A stretch of 64,000 nucleotides of DNA from Candidatus Poribacteria bacterium. Lineage in GTDB: Bacteria > Poribacteria > WGA-4E > WGA-3G. This document shows positions 50,208 through 60,350 of this stretch, one piece after another (the first letter of the stretch is position 1; each line of letters starts with the position of its first letter). The stretch spans positions 224,001 through 288,000 of the forward strand of contig CBDBFU010000020.1 of NCBI GenBank assembly GCA_965205025.1. Reading direction: 5' to 3'. A program made the position numbers and the translations under genes. The notes under the pieces were generated by a model. It was not told the origin of the DNA and did not search any database. It saw only the letters and a list, made by a program, of their open reading frames with translations.

Positions 50208-52151
50208 ATGATGAATAGGACACAACATGCACCAGCAAAACGGGCCATAATCATTGGAATGGATGGGGCAAGTATGGAACTTGTCAATAATATGATTGAA
50301 TGGGGACATACACCTAATATGAAAAGACTACGTGATTTAGGTGTATATCGTCCTATGATTGGTGTGTTTCCAACCTTAACTCCACCTGGTTGGACAGCAC
50401 TCTCTACAGGTTCATGGCCAGGTACACACCAAGTCATGGATTTTAACATCCGCTCTGTCGGAGAACAACTCGATAAAACTATTTGGGGAATTAATACTGG
50501 ACTCTGTAAATCAGAATACTTGTGGAATCTCGTTGAACGTGTCGGACGTAAACCCATATTAGTAAAATGGGAAATGTCTTGGCCTCCGACAGTGAATACC
50601 GGTATCCAGGTAGAGGGAACAGGTCCAGGTGTTTCAAACCACCACCAGATTGCAGGTTATCATCTATTTGTCACCGGAAAATGGGCACCACGTCCGATTG
50701 GTGGTCAAAGAGATCCTGAAACACTTGATCCAAGTGCATTACAGAAGATTAAACATATTGATCCTGTAAAAATAAAACAACTTGATACTAAGATCTGGCA
50801 GGGAAGTTTCCCTGAATCCAACAAACCTTTACTTGAAGTAGAACTAACTATTCAACCTTTAGCGCGTGGCAGAGAAAATATGAACCGTGGTAAAACTGGT
50901 TTACCGAAGTCATTCTTCGGTTTGATTTATGCTTCTAATCAGGATGGATATAATAGAATCAGAATATGTAAGAATCGATCTACAGATGAAGCTATTGCAG
51001 ATTTAAGCGTAGGGGATTGGAGTGAATGGTGGTTGGATTCCTTCAATATAGATGGAAAAAATATTGATGGATATGTACGTATGAAGTTGATAACTCTTAC
51101 CGATTCAGCCGATGCATTTGAGCTTTTTGTACCACAGATTTGGCCAAGAACTGATTATACCATTCCTACCGATGTTGCAACATTAATTGATGAAAATGTT
51201 GGATCTTTTCTACAGAATCCTGCCCGAGATGCGCTTGGACAAGTTGATGATGACACCTATTTTGAACTGTTAGACTACCACCACCAACGCATCGCGGATG
51301 TTGCGACTTACTTGGCATCAAACAACGAATGGGATCTACTCATGGTAGAAACACATGCACCTGATTATGCAAGCCACTTTTTTCTTAGTCAAGCCGATGA
51401 AATAAGTGGTGCAGCACCAGATACTATTCATCGTTGTCGTGAAGGTTTACGCCGAACCTATGAATCGGTGGATAATATGATTGGACAGATTGTTGAACTG
51501 GCTGATGAAGATACAGTTGTCCTGATATGTGCAGACCATGGTGGTACCCCAAATCAATTTCGGGCAATAGATATAGAAGAAGTATTGGAAGAAACAGGTT
51601 TCATTGTAAAGGATTCTGATGGTAGAATTGACTGGACTAAAACAAGAGCAGTAAATGTCGGTTTAGTACATATCTTTATCAATCTAATTGATCGTGAACC
51701 AAATGGTATCGTCCCGATTGAGGATTATGAAGCCACACAAAGGGAAATAATAGCAGCATTACATGCATACCGTGATACTGAAACTGGAAGACACCCATTT
51801 TCATTAGCTGTGACACGGGAAGATGCAGAGATGTTGAATCTACATGGTGACCTCGTAGGAGATATTGTATATGCATTACGACCAGAATTTGATGGTGCTC
51901 ACGGAAAACAATTACCTTCCGTCAGTTTTGGTATCGGTGGACAACATTCAACCTTTATTCTATCTGGAGCCGGTGTCCGTAAAGGGGACGCTTTAAACAG
52001 GCAAGTGCGTGTTGTGGATGTATCACCAACAATCTGTTATCTCTTAGGATTACCCATGCCAGAAAATGTTGAGGGTGGGGTTATATATGAGGCATTAGAA
52101 GACCCAAATTGGCATTTAACACGACTTTCTGAATATGAAAACAATAGATAA
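50208..52151 (+). CDS. Alkaline phosphatase superfamily protein (type I phosphodiesterase/nucleotide pyrophosphatase-like)
   Basis: IIGMDG, PTLTPPGW..L.TG, D...H, ADHG and DV.PT motifs. Confidence 0.85.
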   Translation: MMNRTQHAPAKRAIIIGMDGASMELVNNMIEWGHTPNMKRLRDLGVYRPMIGVFPTLTPPGWTALSTGSWPGTHQVMDFNIRSVGEQLDKTIWGINTGLCKSEYLWNLVERVGRKPILVKWEMSWPPTVNTGIQVEGTGPGVSNHHQIAGYHLFVTGKWAPRPIGGQRDPETLDPSALQKIKHIDPVKIKQLDTKIWQGSFPESNKPLLEVELTIQPLARGRENMNRGKTGLPKSFFGLIYASNQDGYNRIRICKNRSTDEAIADLSVGDWSEWWLDSFNIDGKNIDGYVRMKLITLTDSADAFELFVPQIWPRTDYTIPTDVATLIDENVGSFLQNPARDALGQVDDDTYFELLDYHHQRIADVATYLASNNEWDLLMVETHAPDYASHFFLSQADEISGAAPDTIHRCREGLRRTYESVDNMIGQIVELADEDTVVLICADHGGTPNQFRAIDIEEVLEETGFIVKDSDGRIDWTKTRAVNVGLVHIFINLIDREPNGIVPIEDYEATQREIIAALHAYRDTETGRHPFSLAVTREDAEMLNLHGDLVGDIVYALRPEFDGAHGKQLPSVSFGIGGQHSTFILSGAGVRKGDALNRQVRVVDVSPTICYLLGLPMPENVEGGVIYEALEDPNWHLTRLSEYENNR

Positions 52152-52165
52152 GTCTATAAAATTAT

Positions 52166-53584
52166 TTATTCGACACGTTGAAGATATATGTCATAATCAT
52201 CTCCGCGTGCATCACTCCACACAACAACAATTCCACCATCCCCAGTTGAAATAGCAGCTGGGGTAATTTGTTCCTTATCCGCAAGGCAAACTGGTCTCCC
52301 ATTCGCTTCCCACAGCATCTTTCCATTACTATCAACTCTTTGCGTATAAATAGCATCCTCTGTAACATTACCAAAGTCATTTCGATAATCCAGCCATGTT
52401 GCTATTGCACCTCCTATCCCATCAGGTACAAGGATCGGAATTTGCTGTACTCCCCCTTCAATACATACAGGTAAACCCTCCACATCCCAAAGTTTTTTAC
52501 CATCAGGTCCGACTCTTTGTATATATAGGTCGGCAAAGACATCCCTTTCATCTCTCCATATTACAATAAAACCACCATTACCATCACTCACACAGGAAGG
52601 CTGCTGTTGATTAAATTCTGATTTGCAGATGATAATTCCATCTTTCTCCCATTGAATTGTTCCATCAGCAGTAAAATGTTGAGCATACAAGCGTGCTGTA
52701 GTGAAAAAGTTTGGATCGTTTCTATAATCAGGCCAAATACAGTAAGCACCTCCATTGCCATTAGATACAATCGTTGAACCACCTTGATTGCCAGCTGCCG
52801 TGCATACAGGTATAGGTGTATCCCAAACCGGTTTTCCATTTCTATTGATACGTTGGGCATATATGTTCCAATCTGGGGTAGCAATATCCCACCATACAAC
52901 TATAACTCCACCATCACTATCACTAATTATAGCTGGATCATATTGATCACCTTCGATAGTATGAACCGGAACTCCATTTTCCTTCCATATTGAATCACCA
53001 TTAGCATTTATTTTTTGTGCATAGATATCCTGATTTCCAGAACGCCAATCCTCCCATACGGCAATAAATCCTCCGTCTCCATCTGGAATTAAGGTTATAT
53101 CATCCTGCAATGTATTATCTATACATACTTCAATACCAACTGGGTCCCACAATATTCTACCATTACTATCTATTCTTTGTGCATAACTGTCCTGATTCCC
53201 GTTGCGTGAATCGCGCCATACGATAAATGCACCACCTTGTGTGTCAGATACAATCTCAGGGATTGTTTGAGATGCCGGATGTTTACACACAGGAACACCA
53301 TCAGGTTGCCAAATAACATCACCTTGACTATTAACTCTCTGTGCATAAATATCGTAATTACCGTTACGTGCATCCCGCCAGGTAACAATTGCCCCATCCA
53401 TACCATCAGAAATCAGCATAGGAAAATGTTGATCATCTCCTGCAGTACAAACAGGTATATTTCCTTTCATTTCCAATTCAGTCTTGGATGTAGATAAGAA
53501 AAAAGTTAGTATAATTCCTATGTATAATACTAACTTAGGATATACATCCGGTAATAATAATTTTCGATTAGTAAATAATACCAT
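52166..53584 (-). CDS. Secreted/membrane-anchored repeat protein, probable 8-bladed beta-propeller
   Basis: Eight repeats of approximately D-G-x-G-G-x3-W-x-D-x-R...IYAQR...G...W after a hydrophobic N-terminus. Confidence 0.7.
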   Translation of the reverse strand: MVLFTNRKLLLPDVYPKLVLYIGIILTFFLSTSKTELEMKGNIPVCTAGDDQHFPMLISDGMDGAIVTWRDARNGNYDIYAQRVNSQGDVIWQPDGVPVCKHPASQTIPEIVSDTQGGAFIVWRDSRNGNQDSYAQRIDSNGRILWDPVGIEVCIDNTLQDDITLIPDGDGGFIAVWEDWRSGNQDIYAQKINANGDSIWKENGVPVHTIEGDQYDPAIISDSDGGVIVVWWDIATPDWNIYAQRINRNGKPVWDTPIPVCTAAGNQGGSTIVSNGNGGAYCIWPDYRNDPNFFTTARLYAQHFTADGTIQWEKDGIIICKSEFNQQQPSCVSDGNGGFIVIWRDERDVFADLYIQRVGPDGKKLWDVEGLPVCIEGGVQQIPILVPDGIGGAIATWLDYRNDFGNVTEDAIYTQRVDSNGKMLWEANGRPVCLADKEQITPAAISTGDGGIVVVWSDARGDDYDIYLQRVE

Positions 53585-53609
53585 TTCTAATTGAAGATGT
53601 CTCTTTTTT

Positions 53610-53633
53610 GTAACACAAACTTTCCAGTTTGTG
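53610..53633 (+). repeat. REP-like palindrome, family 1
   Basis: gtaacacaaactttccagtttgtg. Confidence 0.65.
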
Positions 53634-53823
53634 GCGTATTAGATTACATTTCACAAAGACCTATCCTCCGCATAACCCGCGTAATCCGTGATTTAGACAA
53701 CCCAAACAACAAAAACAATTAGTTAACTGACACAAGTCGTAAATAAAGACTTTCACACAACGGAAAGAAGTAAGCAGATACCACAACGGATACCTGCCAG
53801 AAAATTCTATACTATACCAGCGG

Positions 53824-54797
53824 TCAATCACTGTCTTGTTGCTTCACCTGACCCCACGTTACTTTTTTTTTGCCTTGTGGTGTTACAGAAAGCACATCAT
53901 CACTTATCCAATCCGGTCCGTAATCATCTACAGCAGGCGTGTTTGTCAGGTTAACCATTTCACCTGTAAAAAGATGATACCGGTAAATGTCATGCGTATC
54001 AGAGTTCGGCGGTTTGGCTGAAATCAACAGATATTTTCTGCCATAAAACACGCACTGTGGAGTATCCATTTGTCAGGGGTATCTACGACTTGCCGTTTGT
54101 TAGTTTTTATATCATGAATGACAACTTTTTCTGAATGACCATTCCATTCTTCATATAGAACAGACTTACTATCAGCAGACCAGCGCGGACCATCACGCCA
54201 ATGTGTCCTGTTACTCTTGACAAGTTCATGTTGTCCGCTACCATCGGCACGCATTAGATGGATTGTGGTACCCACTCCGGTCTTGTCTCGATACGCAATA
54301 TATTTACCATCAGGGGACCAAGTCACTTCTGTTGTCAATGAAACGGTGCGTGTCAGTCGCTGTAACGCTTTTGTTTCGATATTTATCCGCCAGGCATCGT
54401 TTTGAGCAGTTCCCGGTTTGGCAAGCCGGTCGCTTGTGAATACGAGGTGTTTCCCATCCGGAGACCACGACGCAATAAACTCGTCATCATCTCCCTCGGT
54501 AAGCCGATATTCACCTGTGCCATCGCTATTGATGATAAATACGGCATACGTAGGCGTTTGCTTTGGTACAATCGGTCGTTTTCGCAAAAAAGCGATCTGC
54601 TTCCCGTCCCGAGACCAAACAGGCCACAGGACCGACCTCCCGTCTACCCTTTTGACTAATACTTTGGCGTTACTACCATCATCGTCCATCACATAAATAC
54701 CTGGGTCAGACTTGAAAACGATTTTTGCGTGCGTGAGTGTCGGCAACAATAATAACAAGCAGCATAAGGTGAGACATTGCAACCGCATGAGTTCCAT
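53824..54797 (-). CDS. TolB-like (PD40) beta-propeller protein with TWGxxK tail; -1 frameshift near 54041
   Basis: Signal peptide; WSRDGKQIAF, WSPDGK repeats. Adding one G restores CFMGRKYLL. Ends SVTPQGKKKVTWGQVKQQDSD. Confidence 0.8.
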
Positions 54798-54888
54798 CCA
54801 TTTTACGGTGTATCAATAGGCACGGTTGTTACCCCGTGCCTATCGTTGTTCTATATAAAATCAAAGCAACAAGAACTGCATTCTTTTA

Positions 54889-55080
54889 TCACTTGTCGTA
54901 CACATCGACTTTGTAGGATTTCGAGTAGACGCTTTGGTCCCATCTGTATACATAGGCCGTGATTTCATAATAAACCCGCTTTTCATCCCCTGGTATATTC
55001 GGATAATCAACATCATCAGGAAAACTAGTGGTCATAGTTGACTTTCTTGTTACACCGCCGCCAAAAACTGGATCACCCAC
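54889..55080 (-). pseudogene. Probable 5'-truncated gene remnant
   Basis: 63-aa protein-like beta-rich sequence (YEITAYVYRWD) with the same higher-GC composition as the adjacent TolB-like gene; no convincing start/RBS. Confidence 0.4.
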
Positions 55081-55234
55081 AATCGGTAAGAATGTATGTT
55101 ACCAAGGGTCGTTAGGAAACAAGATATCAGCGTGTCAATTATCTTTCATACTTCTCACTGTTTTATTCAAATCATGGTTGGTTACGTTGTACGTGTGTCT
55201 TCTTGTCTTCCTCAACCATATCACATATCATTCA

Positions 55235-56911
55235 TTACATCAATAATTCCTCACCTATTGGAAAAAATTGGTCAGCAACTGCTTGTAAATCCATTGAAGT
55301 ATTGTGTTCAAATGCAACTACCTCAATCCGTTTATGTTGTTGCTTGATGAGTTCGGCTAATGGACAGAAGTCTCCATCACCACTTGCAAGAATTACAACA
55401 TCTAATGAACTAAGCATTGAAACGACATCAACCGCTATTCCAACATCCCAATCACCTTTCGCAGAACCATCCCCTCTTAATCGGAGATCTTTACTACGAA
55501 TAGTGTAACCATTGTGTTCTAATAATGAGATAAAATTGGATTGTTTGATTTCTGGAATTTGAACTATATATGCATAAGCTGTAAGAAGTTGACGTGGTCC
55601 AACAATTAAATCTAACAGTTTAATGAGATCAACCCGTCTTTCATACCTATCTTTTGCAGCATAGAATAAGTTTTGTACATCAACAAAGACACCAACTTGA
55701 TTAACTCTATCCTCGTTTTCATCATTTTCTCTCAATTCAAGCTGTGGACTATCAAAAAGATTTAAAGTGTTTCTGATTTGGTTTAGAGATTTTTGGGAGG
55801 CGGTATATGATCTTTCTATCATTTCAAAATGGTTATCAAAGTCAATCTTAATTTGTTCTAAGGCTTGATATTTCTTATAAACAGCTTCTTCAACCATTTT
55901 CAATTCTACAGAGAATACCTCTTTTGCTGTTTTTATTTCAGTTAACTCCTGTAGTTGTGTGATTACATTTTGATTCTCAGCCACTAATTTCCTGTTTTCT
56001 GATTCGAGTTTTAATAATGAAGCATTAGTTTCATCAAATTGAGATGCTTTCTGATGTAAATCTTCATTTTCTTGTTGAAGAGAAACAACCTGTTTTTGGC
56101 TTTCTTGATGGGTGCCTACCTTAGACTTCAGGTTTTCATTTTCTTCAATTAGGAATTGGCAATGTTCCTTTATTAGTTTATTGTTTTTCTTAATAGAGTT
56201 ATATTCAGCTTTTAAGTGTGCTAAATCCTTTTCTAATTGATCAATCTCACTATTTTGGAAATCATTTGATTCGTCAGTGCTTTCATTACCAATATCATCA
56301 GTAGCATTGTAGGTTGAATTATCTGATATGTTTTGATGCACATCCGAACTATATAATTGGTGATACTGTAAAGGTGGAACATTTGAGGGAGGATTATGAT
56401 CTTCATAGGCAGTAGTTAATAGGTTGTATCCATGTGAATGAACATCCTCTCTTGGGTCCATTAGTAATGCCCAAACAACTTCACCGAATTCACCAGATTC
56501 AATTAGGGGACCAGGTGCTTTAAAGAAAGTGTGTATCTCCTCTATCACCATATAGCCTACACGGGCTATTGCTGCTTCAGCTTTTTTTGAGAGATGTTCA
56601 GCAACGATTCTATCTATTTTAGAATGTTTAAATAATGCATTGGTTAACCGGCTTAACAATTCTTGCTTAGAAGTAGAATATAATCTATCTGGATCAGCTA
56701 AGATATTCGTCTGCATTAGCAAACGGAAAATATCTCTTTCATTTAAAACCAATGCAAGAAACCATATTAATTGCTCACGTTGTAAATTCGATTTTAACTT
56801 TAGTGGGGTCATGCATGTCCTCCAATATACTGTTGACATCGAATATATTAAGGAAAATTGCTTAACTAACTTTGAAAATGGGGTGAGTTTGAATATTATT
56901 AAACTATTCAC
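55235..56911 (-). CDS. NYN (LabA/DUF88) domain protein with long N-terminal and coiled-coil region (true start may be 56812)
   Basis: C-terminal VFVDVQN, KGDWDV.IAVD, L.SGDGDF and AD.F motifs; heptad-rich middle. Confidence 0.85.
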   Translation of the reverse strand: MNSLIIFKLTPFSKLVKQFSLIYSMSTVYWRTCMTPLKLKSNLQREQLIWFLALVLNERDIFRLLMQTNILADPDRLYSTSKQELLSRLTNALFKHSKIDRIVAEHLSKKAEAAIARVGYMVIEEIHTFFKAPGPLIESGEFGEVVWALLMDPREDVHSHGYNLLTTAYEDHNPPSNVPPLQYHQLYSSDVHQNISDNSTYNATDDIGNESTDESNDFQNSEIDQLEKDLAHLKAEYNSIKKNNKLIKEHCQFLIEENENLKSKVGTHQESQKQVVSLQQENEDLHQKASQFDETNASLLKLESENRKLVAENQNVITQLQELTEIKTAKEVFSVELKMVEEAVYKKYQALEQIKIDFDNHFEMIERSYTASQKSLNQIRNTLNLFDSPQLELRENDENEDRVNQVGVFVDVQNLFYAAKDRYERRVDLIKLLDLIVGPRQLLTAYAYIVQIPEIKQSNFISLLEHNGYTIRSKDLRLRGDGSAKGDWDVGIAVDVVSMLSSLDVVILASGDGDFCPLAELIKQQHKRIEVVAFEHNTSMDLQAVADQFFPIGEELLM

Positions 56912-56984
56912 TATATTGATATAATATCTGCAGATATAAAGTCAATACTTCAGAATTGGAATAATAGTGATAATTCCGAATATA

Positions 56985-58349
56985 CTATAATTTTATAATA
57001 TTATTGGGTGTAGACCGGATTGTGCGTGTTGCGTTTCTTGTATCAACGACAACAGTTGCATGTTTGGTGATTAATTCATAGTCTATATTACTATGATCAG
57101 CAATTATGACAACACAATCTGCACTTTCTACTAATGTAGTAGTAAGTTCTTGTGAAGTATATGTTCCCCTCTCCCCCAGGGTTATGTTTGGCACATGCGA
57201 ATCATGATATAGAATCTGTGCACCTTTGTCAAGCATAATTCGCATAACTTCTAAGGCAGGTGATTCACGGGTATCACCAATATCTTTTTTATATGATACC
57301 CCTATAATTAATAGACATGAACCTTTAATGACTCTTTTATTCATTTTTAATGCAAGCATGACCTTCTCAATAACATAAACCGGCATATTGTCATTGATTT
57401 CACTTGCAAGTTCTATGAATCGCGCATGATATTGGTATTTCTGTGTCATCCATGATAGATAGTGTGGATCAATAGGAATACAATGTCCTCCTAAACCTGG
57501 ACCTGGATAAAATGGCATAAAACCGAAAGGTTTGGTGGATGCAGCATCAATAATTTCCCAAACATCTAATTCCATTCGATCACAAATCATCGCAACCTCG
57601 TTAATTAGACCTATATTAACACTTCGAAACGTGTTTTCAAGTAGTTTTGTCATTTCTGCTGTTCTTGGTGAGGATACAGGATATACCTTTTTAATGAAAT
57701 GTTGATAAAAGGATGTGGCAATCTCGGTACATTTCTGTGTAACACCACCTACAATCTTTGGGGTATCTCTAAGGGAATAGTCACAATTTCCAGGTTCAAT
57801 TCGTTCAGGTGAAAAGGCAAGATAGAAATCTCTTCCAACACTAAGTGAATGTCTGATCGCAGAATTAACTTCCCTGGTAGAGTTGGATTGGTTTACAGTC
57901 TCAATAGATTGATGCGAATTAAGTATAGGCAGTACGACTTCTTCTGTTGTCCCTGGATATGTAGTACTCTCAAGTATTATCAACTGTTCACGATGTAAAT
58001 GTTTGGCGATTCTCTCGACTGCAGCTTTTATGTGTTGTATATCTGGAGTTTTGTTAGCACTCAATGGAGTTGGTACGCATATGTTGACAGTATCCATTTT
58101 TTTAAGTACAGTATAGTCTGTAGTGATAACAAATTGACCCGTTTGAACAAACCTACTCAACATTTCGTTAGAAACATCTGGAACATCTGAAATTCCTTGT
58201 TTCAAGTTATTTACTTTCTCAGGGCAGATATCAATACCTGTAACTCGATATCCTACTTCAGCAATTGCAATAGCAAGTGATAAACCAACATAGCCAAGTC
58301 CAATTATCCCCACTTGAGCCGTATGGTTTTCTATCTTATCTAACAACAT
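56985..58349 (-). CDS. Nucleotide-sugar dehydrogenase (UDP-GlcNAc/ManNAc 6-dehydrogenase, WbpA/WecC-like)
   Basis: GLGYVG, CVPTP, ESTTYPGTT, SPER, GGHCIP.DP and D.RESP motifs. Confidence 0.92.
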   Translation of the reverse strand: MLLDKIENHTAQVGIIGLGYVGLSLAIAIAEVGYRVTGIDICPEKVNNLKQGISDVPDVSNEMLSRFVQTGQFVITTDYTVLKKMDTVNICVPTPLSANKTPDIQHIKAAVERIAKHLHREQLIILESTTYPGTTEEVVLPILNSHQSIETVNQSNSTREVNSAIRHSLSVGRDFYLAFSPERIEPGNCDYSLRDTPKIVGGVTQKCTEIATSFYQHFIKKVYPVSSPRTAEMTKLLENTFRSVNIGLINEVAMICDRMELDVWEIIDAASTKPFGFMPFYPGPGLGGHCIPIDPHYLSWMTQKYQYHARFIELASEINDNMPVYVIEKVMLALKMNKRVIKGSCLLIIGVSYKKDIGDTRESPALEVMRIMLDKGAQILYHDSHVPNITLGERGTYTSQELTTTLVESADCVVIIADHSNIDYELITKHATVVVDTRNATRTIRSTPNNIIKL

Positions 58350-58396
58350 AATTTACATTTTCTGAATATTCAAATATAAAATTGGGTATTAATAGG

Positions 58397-58966
58397 TTAG
58401 GTATATTCTTGAATCAACCAGCGTGAAGCAGAATGAAGATTAGTAAAAATCTTGTCTGGTTGGTATTTACGACACTTAGATTGAGTATTGATATAATGTT
58501 GATAAGACGCTAAACCGTGACCTGTTAAGACTAAAACCGGTGACATTCCGGCTTTTCTCCCTGCTTCAATATCTGATATAGAATCACCTATAAAATGTGT
58601 AATTGATGGGTCAAAGTCATGATCTTGTATCGCTTTCTTTAGCATTCCAGGTTTTGGTTTCCGACAATCACACCCAGCATCTGGGTGGTGTGGACAGAAA
58701 TATATCTTTTTTATATTCCCTCCAGTATCACTCAAAGTGGATACCATATTTGAATGGATTTCGTGTAACTGATTTATTGTAAAAATTCCCCTGCCAATCC
58801 CTGCTTGGTTAGTTGCAATAAGAATGTTAAAACCAGCATTTGTTAGATCACGAATTGCCTGAATAGAAGATGGTAGAAATGAAAATTCAGACCATTCACA
58901 AACATAACCCATATTTGAAGGGTTATGATTGATAACTCCGTCCCGATCAAGAATTAGATACCTCAT
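58397..58966 (-). CDS. gmhB: D-glycero-D-manno-heptose 1,7-bisphosphate phosphatase
   Basis: LDRDGVIN, TNQ.GI, CPH..C.CRKPKPGM and IGD..SD motifs. Confidence 0.92.
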   Translation of the reverse strand: MRYLILDRDGVINHNPSNMGYVCEWSEFSFLPSSIQAIRDLTNAGFNILIATNQAGIGRGIFTINQLHEIHSNMVSTLSDTGGNIKKIYFCPHHPDAGCDCRKPKPGMLKKAIQDHDFDPSITHFIGDSISDIEAGRKAGMSPVLVLTGHGLASYQHYINTQSKCRKYQPDKIFTNLHSASRWLIQEYT

Positions 58967-59006
58967 CTATATTTATCAAAACCATTCTTTGTAGATTACA
59001 GTATGT

Positions 59007-60044
59007 TTATTGTACATTAGATATTCCGTTATATAATTCTTGTATCGTAACGGTGGCACAACCCATTTTTCCAACTACGATACCTCCGGCAATGCTCGAT
59101 AGATGTGCAGCAGTAAGATAATCATCTTTTGTACCAAGACATAATGTGAATACAGCGACAACAGTATCACCAGCACCAGTCACATCTGTTACAACGGATG
59201 TTTGTGGGGGTATATGTTCTACCTGTAAATTCTTATTTGAATCAAATTGAAATAAAGACATTCCTTCAGCATCACGCGTAATTAACAAACTGTTAAGTTT
59301 CAGTCGTATCAATATCTCTTCACCTGCTGAGATTAAGTGTGATATATCAGTTATTTCACTTTGAACAGCTGCACCTGCTTCAACATGATTTGGTGTTAAA
59401 GCGGTAACACCTTCATATTTCCAAAAGTTATTACGTTTCGGGTCTGCCACAATCGGTATGTTATAGGGTTGTGTATATCGTATTATATCTTCAATTAGAT
59501 CTTTTGTAACAACACCTTTGTCATAATCAGAGAATATTATCCCATCAATTTCGGGTAATTTAGAATGAACAGCACTTAATAGTCTCTCTTTAAGCATTGC
59601 ATTAATCTCTTGTTTTGACTCTCTATCAATACGCAATAATTGATGTCCTTGGGATGAAACATTCTCATCTGATTGCTGCTCAAGATGAGGAGAATCGACT
59701 GTTGCTATGACTCGTGTTTTCTTGCTTGTAGGTCGTTGTACATCAACACAGATATTAGAAGTGTCAACATTTAGAGAGTTAATCATTTGAAGAAGTTTTT
59801 CACCATCCCTATCTTTTCCAATGACTCCAATTAATTCAGCATTCGCCCCAATACTGGTTATATTTTGGGCGACATTTGCTGCACCACCACATCCAATAGT
59901 TTCATCATACATATCAAAAACAGGAACTGGTGCTTCGGGTGATATTCGTTTTACTTCACCCCACATATACTCATCAACGATGATATCGCCAATTATGAGT
60001 ATTTTTTTATCTTGAAATTGAGAAATAAGAGTTCTATAATCCAC
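59007..60044 (-). CDS. D-glycero-beta-D-manno-heptose-7-phosphate kinase (RfaE/HldE kinase domain)
   Basis: RISPEAPVP, GGAANVA, SDYDKG, TPN..E and DVTGAGDT motifs. Confidence 0.92.
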   Translation of the reverse strand: MDYRTLISQFQDKKILIIGDIIVDEYMWGEVKRISPEAPVPVFDMYDETIGCGGAANVAQNITSIGANAELIGVIGKDRDGEKLLQMINSLNVDTSNICVDVQRPTSKKTRVIATVDSPHLEQQSDENVSSQGHQLLRIDRESKQEINAMLKERLLSAVHSKLPEIDGIIFSDYDKGVVTKDLIEDIIRYTQPYNIPIVADPKRNNFWKYEGVTALTPNHVEAGAAVQSEITDISHLISAGEEILIRLKLNSLLITRDAEGMSLFQFDSNKNLQVEHIPPQTSVVTDVTGAGDTVVAVFTLCLGTKDDYLTAAHLSSIAGGIVVGKMGCATVTIQELYNGISNVQ

Positions 60045-60183
60045 AGATTTATATTATCACAAATTAGTAGGATAATCAAGATACAATCATTACTAATCTT
60101 ATTACGTAAATTAGAGGAATGAACTGTCGAAATTTTCATTCATAATTGTCTAATTCAAGCATTAGTTATATTATATTATACTT

Positions 60184-60233
60184 TATATTGAGTCTCAATA
60201 TCAATATTATTAATAGTAATGAGTCTCATTATC
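60184..60233. promoter_or_regulatory. Tandem Fur-family-like operators, 31-bp spacing
   Basis: tatattgagtctcaatatc (60184-60202) and agtaatgagtctcattatc (60215-60233); reverse-orientation equivalent of 7928-7977. Confidence 0.6.
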
Positions 60234-60350
60234 ATATGTTTCGTTATGTTTATTATTATAAATAAATATAACGGAAAAATTATTATAATGCGATATACAT
60301 AATATCATTACGATATATTATGAAAATATTTAAATTTTGTGATTTAACAT

